Shown one piece after another: positions 49,192 through 60,336 of a DNA stretch of 64,000 nt (its first letter is position 1; each line of letters opens with the position of its first letter). This DNA comes from Epiperipatus broadwayi (taxonomy: Eukaryota; Animalia; Onychophora). The position numbers and the translations under genes were made by a program. The stretch covers positions 22,816,001-22,880,000 of the forward strand of contig JAQFVV010000005.1 in NCBI GenBank assembly GCA_028023455.1, in the 5' to 3' direction. The notes below the pieces were generated by a model that was not told the origin of the DNA, did no database searches, and saw only the letters and a program-made list of their open reading frames with translations.

Positions 49192-52100
49192 CTCCCATTA
49201 TGGTTTAAGAAACAATTATTTTATTTATTTTTAGTGCACATTCAATATAAGCATTTAATATAAAAATGTTTATCTCTATTATTTTTAAGTTTTAGTATTG
49301 GCACAGCAAATGAAAATTTAAAACTTTATTGTAATTTAAATTGACTGGTTACTTATAGTTAGAAACAACCTTAGGTCAATTTCACATCCTAGCAACTGAA
49401 CACAAAGGAAAAAAAATTTTAGAATCCAATTATTAATTATAATAATTAATAATAGAATTTGAAATCATGAGAAGCATATAGTATATTCAATATATGCTAC
49501 AGGAAGTCTATTCCACTATGAAAACTGGATCAAATAATTTAAAAATGAATCCTATCTTTTGTCAATGTACTAAATACTATGCTTAATCATTTTGTTGTGT
49601 TCGAAATCAGAACATACTAAAATATGGATCAATGGTTTGAACAAACTTTCTTATTGATATAAAATTTTCATTATAAAGAACTTTAACATCACTCAATAAA
49701 GAGTAAATAAATTAGTCTTAATTAATATTAATCATAATTTCAGAATAAAATTATATTTATTTTTCGTTTATTAATTAAAGAAACTCATAAGATTATTCTA
49801 AACTGGTATTCTAAAAAGACAACTTCAGTCAAAAGCATTCATATTAAATTAAATATTTTAAGAAGATAAAAAATAAGAAAAATGCATTGTAGGTAAATAC
49901 CACTTGTCATAGGATGAAATTCTATTGGTTTAACTGAAATCAATGTAAGTTCATATTCCTACTAAATGCCTAAAGTATATGTATATTGCATCAATATAAT
50001 TTTAAATAAAATTGGTAGTGAAATAACATGGAGAAGATTTTGACTTCACACAATAGGAGGGATCCTAAACAACAGAATATTCTGATTACTTCTTCAATGG
50101 TTGATGACCAAAGAACATATAACTTTATCATGAAGAACCATTCTGAGTTTCATCTTAAAAAGTAACAGGACAATATCATCAAACTTATAGAGATTTTTGG
50201 TATATAAAAATTTATTTCCTTTGCTACCAAGACTCATTTATGTTGGAATACTCCATTCAAGAAAATTATAAGATGAAGAGGAATGGAAAGATCATTATTT
50301 TAAACATATTCATGATAGAATAGTTTGTTTATTACTAACTGAATAACTTAATAATATTTGTTTATTATTCTTATGGGTATGAGTAAATCCTTGAATGAAA
50401 GATCTTTATTTCATAATCATGATCATATACAGAAAGGGTATTTAAAAATTGTAATTCCCTTACAAGGATTGTATAATCTAAATCATATATATAATAGTAA
50501 CTTATTCCAGTTATTATTATTGGTCTAACGTGCTTTTATCTCTTATGAAATTATTTATAAATATAAATAATATTTGACTATTTTATTATGTATACATATA
50601 TATACTATTTATATATACATATGAGCTTTAAATAATACATACCTTAAGCTTTTGAGTAAAATTCCAGATTTGAAGTTGAGTAATAAATAATTTTATATAT
50701 ATTTTATTATTAAATCTTAATGTCTACTGAACAATTAATATTTGAATAAAGCATGAACTTGTAATAACACATGAGCAGATTCATCCGTTCTCTTGTTATT
50801 AAGGAGAAGAAAAGAAAATCATTTATCTTTCAATAACTTTTTCTTTTATCAATACTACTGTTCAATGATTGGAATTTAAATATTAACTTTTCCAAATTAA
50901 GATAATCTGTGGATTAAAAGTCTGCAAGGAAAATATTTTAATTTTCTATTAAATCTTAAAGGAATAGCAATATAAAAGAAAAGAACATCTGTTTAAGTTT
51001 TTTAGAAACTACGTTGTTTTAACACTTCCGTTATTCTTCGGATATATATAAATATAAAATAATTATATATATATATATATAGGATAAAACAATGTGCTTT
51101 GAGTAGAACAGCTTTGTATCATAAAGGATTTGAAACCAACCTTGCATGCTATTTTAAAATATTTTGAAATATTTTAAATATTAATTGAAAAGAATGTCTA
51201 ATGATAATAGAATAATGGAGAATGGGAACATCATCATTCGAAGAATATTTACTTTATATTACATCAATCAAGTCATTGGATATTATTAACAGTTTATCAA
51301 TTAAGGATAAATAAATCATCATTATTCCAATGGATTAATAATATACTTTGTAAAAGATCTTCATTAGGATTGTGAACTATAGACTTCAATATCTGCTCTC
51401 AACTCTAGAAAATAAGTTTTCTTTATTATTTATTTATATATATATTATAATAATGCTTATATTATTTTAATATGTTTATTATTATTATTATTATTATCTT
51501 TATTTCAAATTTGGCATCGCATCATTATATCTTAATAGGAAAATTATATTTAGTATTAAATATAATTAATTGAAAGCTTAATATAATTCATCAAATTAGA
51601 TGAAGGATATAAAGAATAGTTATTATTTAATAGATATTTTAATCAAGATTATATTGTATTTACTACATAATATTGTAAACGTTCAATGTATTTTATTTAT
51701 CAAAAATACATATAATATATAAGTTATACAATTGTAAATAGTACTTATATATTAGTAATTATGAAACATATAAATAAGAATGGTAAATAAATTAATAAGT
51801 TACTTAAATTATTAATTTTTGAATCCAGATATTGTTTTTATATATCCGTTAATTTAAACTATTTTATTTAATTTTTGAAAGTCTATTATAGTATTGCATT
51901 TTATCATAGGGTATTAAATAAGAATATTATTTATTAATATTTTTAAAATGGTAAAATTCAGCCATATTTATTTATTAATATTTTATTATCTATTATATTT
52001 TTTATTGTTTATTAAATATTTATTAACTTGATCTCTTTGTCTAATCATTATTGAATTATATTATATATATGCTAGTATTATAAATATCATATGAATATCA

Positions 52101-52409
52101 ATTGTTAGTTAATGCTTATATAAAGGCATATTAAATAATAACTTGTTTTGAAATTATCCCTGAAAAGAGCTAATTGCAAATTTTCCATGAGTTTGAATAT
52201 TGTGGCATAATGGTGATTGAAAGAGGGATGAGAGATGGATGAACTAGTCTAAATTATATTAAAACTTATTTAAAGATTATTGAGCTAGCATAATAAAAAT
52301 AGATATAATCATGGACTTAATATTTCATCGATTAATTTTTAGCATTCTACCTGAAGACCCAAAGTCCAATTGTAGTGAAATGCATATCCTCTTTCTAGAG
52401 AATTTAATC

Positions 52410-52790
52410 ATCTCCTTATATTTAACAAGACCAACTTAGACTTTAAATATAATCCATTCTGTTATATTTGGCGAACCTAACTATGAAGCATTAAGTTAAT
52501 GATTTCCAAGCATTAAATATAATCGATTATGTTATATTTGACGCATGAACTGGGATGATTAAATGCCATTCCGTTATATTTGGTGCCTCAACTAGGGCTA
52601 TCAAATAGACCATCCCGTTATATTTGGTGCACAACATTTTGGGCATTGAACATTTAAGTTCACCACAGGTATAAACCGACATTCCAATATATTTGGCCCG
52701 CAACGTTTTAGGCATTGAACATTTAAGTTCATCACAGGTATAAATTATATACTATTACATATTTAGCATATTAACTGGGGCTTTGAATCA
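52410..52790 (+). repeat. Array of about seven LTR-end plus tRNA-Lys PBS units
   Basis: CCATTCCGTTATA-TT-TGG... type units with PBS starts at 52423, 52469, 52539, 52581, 52625, 52694 and 52764. The first four are repeated in the 3' LTR (58250-58466). Confidence 0.85.
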
Positions 52791-53150
52791 ATGCTTCTAT
52801 ATTATTACATATAGTGTAGTATGTTGTTATGAAGATTCATATGGTGTTTATAATTACAAAATTAATATATAAAAAAAAAATGATAATATATATAATATGA
52901 TTTAGAGAGATCAATATTTAAATAACTAATTATTAAATTATCTTTTAAACAAGAGTTGAGTGGGATAAAGTTTTTCTATAGACATAGATGTTTAAAAATA
53001 TCCACATATATCATTAGAACATCATAAGTATATATAAATAGTATGGGGTGGTAGAGAACTTTACGATATAATATTTTGGTTATAAATATATATATACACT
53101 TGAGTAACATTTGAATTAAGTTAAAATTTGTTATGCTTTGAAGTGGGAAA

Positions 53151-55010
53151 ATGTTTTCAAACAAAGATATTGAATGCTCTAGTCAAATGCAAAATGATTT
53201 GCAAAGTGAACTAAGTGATGATAGTAATATTATAGAACAATCATCATTAGTACAAGCATCGGGGGGTTCTACAACCATAGTTGAAAACCCTCAACAAACA
53301 CAGAGTTTAGATCAAGTAGTATTTCAAACACAAAATATAGTTGATAAAGATTTAAATCAATTATCTAAAATTGAGATTAACCAATCACTTAATGTTGGTT
53401 CAACAAAGGTTATAGATAATAATACAACTATGATGGAAATGTTCCAAATATTTATGACTAAAATGGACAGTAATAATCAAAAATTACTTGATAATATGAA
53501 TAAAAAAATGGATGATAATAATACTAGTTTCAGAAGTGACATGTGTAACTTAAAAAGTGATTTGAGTCAAAAATTGGATAATAATAGTACTAGTTTAAGA
53601 GGTGACATGTCTAATTTTAGAAATGAAATTAAAAGTGATCTGTATGATAACAAAAGTGAAGATAAAGAAATTACAATAGGAGATGGAAAAGAATTTTTAC
53701 CTGGAAAACCTTATCATTGGCATGATTGGTACATTGTTTGTAGTCAAAGTTATTTTTATATTTGGAATAAATATATAATTTTAAAGTTATATAAAGATAG
53801 TAATGGATGGTTTGAAATTATTTTGGATGGAAAATTTGCTACTATGCATATTAGTGGTAACATTTATGAGAGTAGTGGTCTGGAACTATGTTTGAAGGAA
53901 TTGCAGAGTGCATGTAATCAAGTTAAACCTGGTACTCCTAGTCAATATATTTTATTTTTCATTGATTCAACATGTTTAGCTATCGGAAATTGGTCTTTTA
54001 TGTATGAAACAGATGATAGAATTGTTATTCGTAATTCACAAAATCCAAAACAAGCTATTATCTTACAAAAAGATTTGCATGGTTTTATTTTTGAATCCAA
54101 TAAAGGTAATAAACATTCTTTTAATGCTGAAACTTTACTTGATACTGAATTTTCTACTGGTTGGATATCTCAGATTCCTAATGATGGAATAGAAAAATAT
54201 CCTATTAATTTTATTTTAGAGGAGACAATATCAGTTCCACAAATAAATTCCATTAAAACAATCACGAATGATACAATGCAGATTAAGGTTGACAATCAAC
54301 AAGAACTTCAAACTTACCTTGACTGTAATGATGATACCCAGAGAAAATCATTATTAGTTCCGTTGACTACCACAGAAGAAAACTATCAAAACCACTATGA
54401 TATTTCACAACAGAGTAAAGATATAAAAAGTCAGCTTAATAGTTTTAGAATAATTAATTTAAATCCATTAAATTCAAAAGAAATTGTGGAAATGAATGAA
54501 GTAAAAAGTTTCCAAAACACACAAGTCATAAAGATGCAACAAACTGAGATAAGGTATAAGACTCCGGATAATAAAAAAATAGAAAATGAAGTAGTGAATG
54601 ATTTGGAAATTGTTGTTAAAGATCTTAATAAGATAAACGACCCTAACCCAAAATCTACTTTTTCATATCAGATATTGTTTGAGACAAGGAATGATTCTCT
54701 CAAAACTAGTAAAGATACCTATGATAATAGTAAAGAACAGAGTTTTAGTCGAAATCATTTAGAATTTATTAAAAAAGATCTACAACAAATAATTATCTCT
54801 AATAATAGATTAAATTTTCAGTATTGTATAATGCCTGAAACTGAAAATTATTTTATTAATATTGGTTTAGAAGAAATAAATTTAAATACTTGTAGAGTTA
54901 ATAATGAGAATGAATTATTAACTTCTCAAATTAGTATTTCAGAAATTCAAAAAGGTCATACATTCCATAAGTTATGTAATACTTATGAAGGTCCATTTAC
55001 ATTCATTTAA
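53151..55010 (+). CDS. 619-aa gag-derived chimeric ORF (coiled-coil N-terminus, unknown aromatic/beta-rich central domain, integrase GPY/F-like tail)
   Basis: Intact ORF inside the LTR element. The N-terminus (SGG..., MMEMFQIF...KMD) resembles the decayed gag at 60600-60900. The C-terminus HKLCNTYEGPFTFI matches KYH.FYKTYEGTYTI at ~55640. Confidence 0.85.
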   Translation: MFSNKDIECSSQMQNDLQSELSDDSNIIEQSSLVQASGGSTTIVENPQQTQSLDQVVFQTQNIVDKDLNQLSKIEINQSLNVGSTKVIDNNTTMMEMFQIFMTKMDSNNQKLLDNMNKKMDDNNTSFRSDMCNLKSDLSQKLDNNSTSLRGDMSNFRNEIKSDLYDNKSEDKEITIGDGKEFLPGKPYHWHDWYIVCSQSYFYIWNKYIILKLYKDSNGWFEIILDGKFATMHISGNIYESSGLELCLKELQSACNQVKPGTPSQYILFFIDSTCLAIGNWSFMYETDDRIVIRNSQNPKQAIILQKDLHGFIFESNKGNKHSFNAETLLDTEFSTGWISQIPNDGIEKYPINFILEETISVPQINSIKTITNDTMQIKVDNQQELQTYLDCNDDTQRKSLLVPLTTTEENYQNHYDISQQSKDIKSQLNSFRIINLNPLNSKEIVEMNEVKSFQNTQVIKMQQTEIRYKTPDNKKIENEVVNDLEIVVKDLNKINDPNPKSTFSYQILFETRNDSLKTSKDTYDNSKEQSFSRNHLEFIKKDLQQIIISNNRLNFQYCIMPETENYFINIGLEEINLNTCRVNNENELLTSQISISEIQKGHTFHKLCNTYEGPFTFI

Positions 55011-55584
55011 CACATGAATTATTGTGCTTAATGAAGGTAAGCACATATTATGGAAGGACTTTTAAGGATTGTGACCATTTGAAAATGAAAACAGATAATG
55101 AGTAATGATTGAACCCATTATAGTTTGATATATAAAAAAAATATATAGAGAAATTTTGATGACATAAACATTGATGAAGGAACTAGATATAGGAAAATTA
55201 AATTAAACATGTATACACTTGTTTAATGAAATTTAATCTTTGGTTACTTGATCTAGAATAGGAAGTAGACCAAATGATTAATATTATAAGGTAATAAATT
55301 GCCAACATAATTTATAAATCTATGAAGTATAGATATACAATTATAGATGTATATGTATATAGGTATGTATAAGAAGAATACTTATTAGTCTTAGAGAAAT
55401 ATTCTCACTCATATGACTACACTTTCATCAAATTATACTTATATTATTTAAAAAATATATAAACCTATAATTTATGAACCCAAAATAGATGGAGAAAAAT
55501 GACATTTTACAAGCTCATAAACAACTTGTTAAAATGGCAAATAATAAAAATCAGAATAAAAAAAATGTATTTATGAATTTAAAG

Positions 55585-55780
55585 TTGGAGATAGAGTATT
55601 GATAAAGACTTTCCATCCCAGTAATCCATTAGAGAATAAATATCACTAATTCTACAAGACATACGAAGGGACTTATACTATCGTTAAAAAGGCAGGTCCA
55701 AATGCATTTTGGATTAAGGCAAGAAGGACAGATTCGTGGTATGTATAATTCACGAATTTTAAAACCTTATTTTGGCTGTT
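55585..55780 (+). pseudogene. Integrase C-terminal GPY/F module relic
   Basis: YEFKVGDRVLIK...FYKTYEGTYTIVKKAGPNAF...(frameshift) GMYNSRILKPYF. Confidence 0.85.
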
Positions 55781-58700
55781 TATAATGTTATATAAAGAAA
55801 TAAGGTGAATATCAAGATAAGAATTGGGCAGTGTAAACCATACGGTTGTATAAAAAATAATAATAGTGATCAATATAAAGGAAAATATATAGTTAAGAAC
55901 ATTAGCTTTAGTGAGGGTATTCTTTAATACCTTGAAATAAGTAAAAACAAGAGAGTCAATTCATATTAATAAATGGATACTCTAGTATTTATTTAGTCCT
56001 TTTCAAATCCATCAGTCTTAAAGAAGTAGGAATAAGGCTAGTAAATAAATTTGTGTTGTCCAAGAAGGAAACACATTATTTTTTTTATTTTTTTTATTTT
56101 TTTATAAAAAAAAAATATTAACCATCAAAGTCCTTAATTTTTTTTTGATCATTATCAAAATAATAATATAGCCCAAGTATAATGAAAGATATAACAGTTA
56201 AAAAAAAAACTTCAGCCCTTCATAAAATCCAACTATAAATGAAATTAAATTATAAGAACATACTAAAATAGTTGTAAGTGTTTAAAATTTTAACTTAAAT
56301 TAAAATTTTAATTTCCTAAGGGAAGGGGAAATATAATAGTAACTTATTCCAGTTATTATTATTGGTCTAACGTGCTTTTATCTCTTATGAAATTATTTAT
56401 AAATATAAATAATATTTGACTATTTTATTATGTATACATATATATACTATTTATATATACATATGAGCTTTAAATAATACATACCTTAAGCTTTTGAGTA
56501 AAATGCCAGATTTGAAGTTGAGTAATAAATAATTTTATATATATTTTATTATTAAATCTTAATGTCTACTGAACAATTAATATTTGAATAAATCATGAAC
56601 TTGTAATAACACATGAGCAGATTTATTCATTCTCTTGTTATTAAGGAGAAGAAAAGAAAATCATTTCTCTTTAAATAACTTTTTCTTTTATCAATACTAC
56701 TGTTCAATGATTGGAATTTAAATATTAACTTTTCCAAATTAAGATAATCTGTGGATTAAAAGTCTGCAAGGAAAATATTTTAATTTTCTATTAAATCTTA
56801 AAGGAATAGCAATATAAAAGAAAAGAACGTCTGTTTAAGTTTTTTAGAAACTACGTTGTTTTAACACTTCCGTTATTCTTCGGATATATATAAATATAAA
56901 ATAATTATATATATATATATAGGATAAAACAATGTGCTTTGAGTAGAACAGCTTTGTATCGTAAAGGATTTGAAACCAACCTTGCATGCTATTTTAAAAT
57001 ATTTTGAAATATTTTAAATATTAATTGAAAAGAACGTCTAATGATAATAGAATAATGGAGAATGGGAACATCATCATTTGAAGAATATTTACTTTATATT
57101 ACATCAATCAAGCCATTGAATATTATTAACAGTTTATCAATTAAGGATAAATAAATCATCATTATTCCAATGGATTAATAATATACTTCGTAAAAGATCT
57201 TCATTAGGATTGTGAACTATAGACTTCAATATCTGCTCTCAACTCTGGAAAATAAGTTTTCTTTATTATTTATTTATATATATTATAATAATGCTTATAT
57301 TATTTTAATATGTTTATTATTATTATTATTATCTTTATTTCAAATTTGGCATCGCATCATTATATCTTAATAGGAAAATTATATTTAGTATTAAATATAA
57401 TTAATTGAAAGCTTGATATAATTCATCAAATTAGATGAAGGATATAAAGAATAGTTATTATTTAATAGATATTTTAAACAAGATTATATTGTATTTACTA
57501 CATAATATTGTAAACGTTCAATGTATTTTATTTATCAAAAATACATATAATATATAAGTTATACAATTGTAAATAGTACTTATATATTAGTAATTATGAA
57601 ACATATAAATAAGAATGGTAAATAAATTAATAAGTTACATAAATTATTAATTTTTGAATCCAGATATTGTTTTTATATATCTGTTAATTTAAACTATTTT
57701 ATTTAATTTTTGAAAGTTTATTATAGTATTGAATTTTATCATAGGGTATTAAATAAGAATATTATTTATTAATATTTTTAAAATGGTAAAATTCATCCAT
57801 ATTTATTTATTAATATTTTATTATCTATTATATTATATTTTTTTATTGTTTATTAAATATTGATTTATTAACTTGATCTCTTTGTCTAATCATTATTGAA
57901 TTATATTATATATATGCTAGTATTATAAATATCATATGAATATCAATTGTTAGTTAATGCTTATATAAAGGCATATTAAATAATAACTTGTTTTGAAATT
58001 ATCCCTGAAAAGAGCTAATTGCAAATTCTCCATGAGTTTGAATATCGTGGCATAATGGTGATTGAAAGAGGGACGAGAGATGGATGAACTAGTCTAAATT
58101 ATATTAAAACTTATTTAAAGATTATTGAGCTAGCATAATAAAATAGATATAATCATGGACTTAATATTTCATTGATTCATTTCTAGCATTCTACCTGAAG
58201 ACCCAAAGTTCGATTGTAGTGAAATGCATATCCTCTTTCTAGGGAATTTAATCATCTCCTTATATTTAACAAGACCAACTTAGACTTTAAATATAATCCA
58301 TTCTGTTATATTTGGTGAACCTAACTATGAAGCATTAAGTTAATGATTTCCAAGCATTAAATATAATCTATTATGTTATATTTGACGCATCAACTGGGAT
58401 GATTAAATGCCGTTCCATTATATTTGGTGCCTCAACTAGGGCTATCAAATAGGCCATCCGGTTATAATATATATATATAATTATTATTAAAATGAAACTT
58501 AATTGGTATAATTATAATTTTTAAAATTATAAAATTGTATTTATTATTTATAAATTATTAAACTGTGTTCCTGTTAAGATATATATATCTACTAAGGAGA
58601 TATGAGAAGGTATTATTTAATTTGAAGTCATAAATAATAGAAATGTATGCAAACATGTATAATAATATTTTTTTTTGTTATCTGAAATCCAGTTAAATTA

Positions 58701-59397
58701 TTATTTGTTAATAAACATGTTAAATTTTATTCTAATCTCAAAGGATTTTCTGATTTATTTGAACTATTTATTCTTTTTTAAATTAAAATAATATTGAATA
58801 TGCACAGCCATACATATATATCACATTAACTTAAAATCCTGATATTAATTGAAGTTATTTTTAAAATTCCATAGATTATATCAATTAATATTATGATTGA
58901 TGGTAGCCTGTGGAGAGAGTTAATTGTAAAGTCTATTCTGAGTTTGAATTCTGAACATAATGGAACAATCAACAAAGGTGAAGATTGGATGAATTAATTT
59001 AGGTCGTATCTGTATTAAATAAGTTAATACTAAATTATCTTGTTTAAGATGGATTTAATTTTGGATTGAGATTTGATTGGATCATCCATAGCATCTTATA
59101 TGAAGACCCTAAATCCGATTATTGTTAGATATGCTCACCTCGATTTCCTGGAGGGAATCTGTATCATTACATACAGTGCCACAATGTTAAGGGCAAGAAA
59201 CAATAGTTTACCATTAACTACATCCATAGTTTTTAAAAAAAGAACAATTTTTTTTCTTTTTTTTTTTTTTTAAATAAATTTCATGGAATATAACAACGAT
59301 AAATAGTTTCAACTATCAAAGGATGATATGATTGTAATGTGAAATCGAAAATTAATAAATGGTGAAATAAATAGAGATCTTGAGATAAGATAATCAA

Positions 59398-60336
59398 TGC
59401 TTAAATAGAGGAGTCAGTCACTTAAAAATACAATTTTAAAGTTAGGCATTAACTTTAATAACATAGAGAAGGGTGTAAGACAGGTGACTCCATATCTCCA
59501 AAACTTTTTACTGCAGTGCTACAAAAAGTAATTTGTGGATTAAAATGGGGATCTAAAGGAGTGAAAGTAAATGGAGATTATTTAAGTCATTTAGATTTTG
59601 CAGATGATGTAGTTATTTTTGTAAATAATACTTTAGAGCTGCAGGAAATGTTGCAGGAGTTATCAGATGAAAGTAGGAAAGTAGGACTAAAGATAAATGT
59701 TAAAAACACTAAAGTAATGTTTAATAGATTTTCTCAAAATATAAAAATAAAGATTGATACCTTGGTCAGTATATTAATACAGATGGAAACATAATGGATG
59801 AAATTAATCATAGAATTAAACTTGGTTGGAGTGCTTTTGGTAAAAATAACTTGATACTAAAAGGAAATATGCCTATGTGTTTGAAAAGGAAGATTTTTAA
59901 TAAATGTGTTTTACCAGTTCTTACTTATGGATCTGAGATTTGAACACTTAATAGAAGAGCAATACAGAGATTTCAGACCACTCAAAGAAGTATGGAGAGA
60001 TGCATGTTGAAAGTAACAAGAAGAGATTTAAAACACAATATATGCATAAGAGAACAAACATTTGTTATTGATCTTATTGAAAAAAATTAAAAGACTGCAG
60101 TGGATTTGGGCTGGAAATATTGCTAAAAGAGATGATAATATATGGACAATTGAAATCTTAAACTGGATTCCAAAAGATTGTAAAAGACCCAGAAAGAGAC
60201 TACATGTGAGATGGATGGATAAAATAAAGAGTGTGCAAGAGTGATGTGGAGAAGAGAAGCTAAAGATCGGAGATGTATTGAACTTGGAGAGATCTTCATC
60301 TTGCAGTGGATTGATAATGGTTGATGATGATGATGT
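59398..60336 (+). mobile_element. 5'-truncated RTE-clade LINE
   Basis: KGVRQ.DSISPKLF, YLSHLDFADDVVIF, KVGLKIN..TKVM, CVLPVLTYGSE, W.WAGNIA...W...ILNWIP motifs and a GAT-repeat tail. 9-bp TSD GATAATCAA at 59389-59397 and 60337-60345. Confidence 0.92.

Larger units (their letters stand above)
50490..58466 (+). mobile_element. Young non-autonomous Gypsy-type LTR element, 7977 bp, TA...TA termini
   Basis: LTRs 50490-52622 and 56332-58466, about 97-98% identical by eye count. 5-bp TSD ATATA. PPT AAGGGAAGGGGAAA at 56318-56331. tRNA-Lys-like PBS at 52625. gag-like ORF and integrase GPY/F relic present. No RT or RNase H. Confidence 0.92.

Noticed and set aside
52410-52790. CRISPR-like appearance of the repeat-spacer array
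   Set aside because: Eukaryotic LTR context with no cas genes, and the spacers are related to each other and to tRNA-Lys ends.
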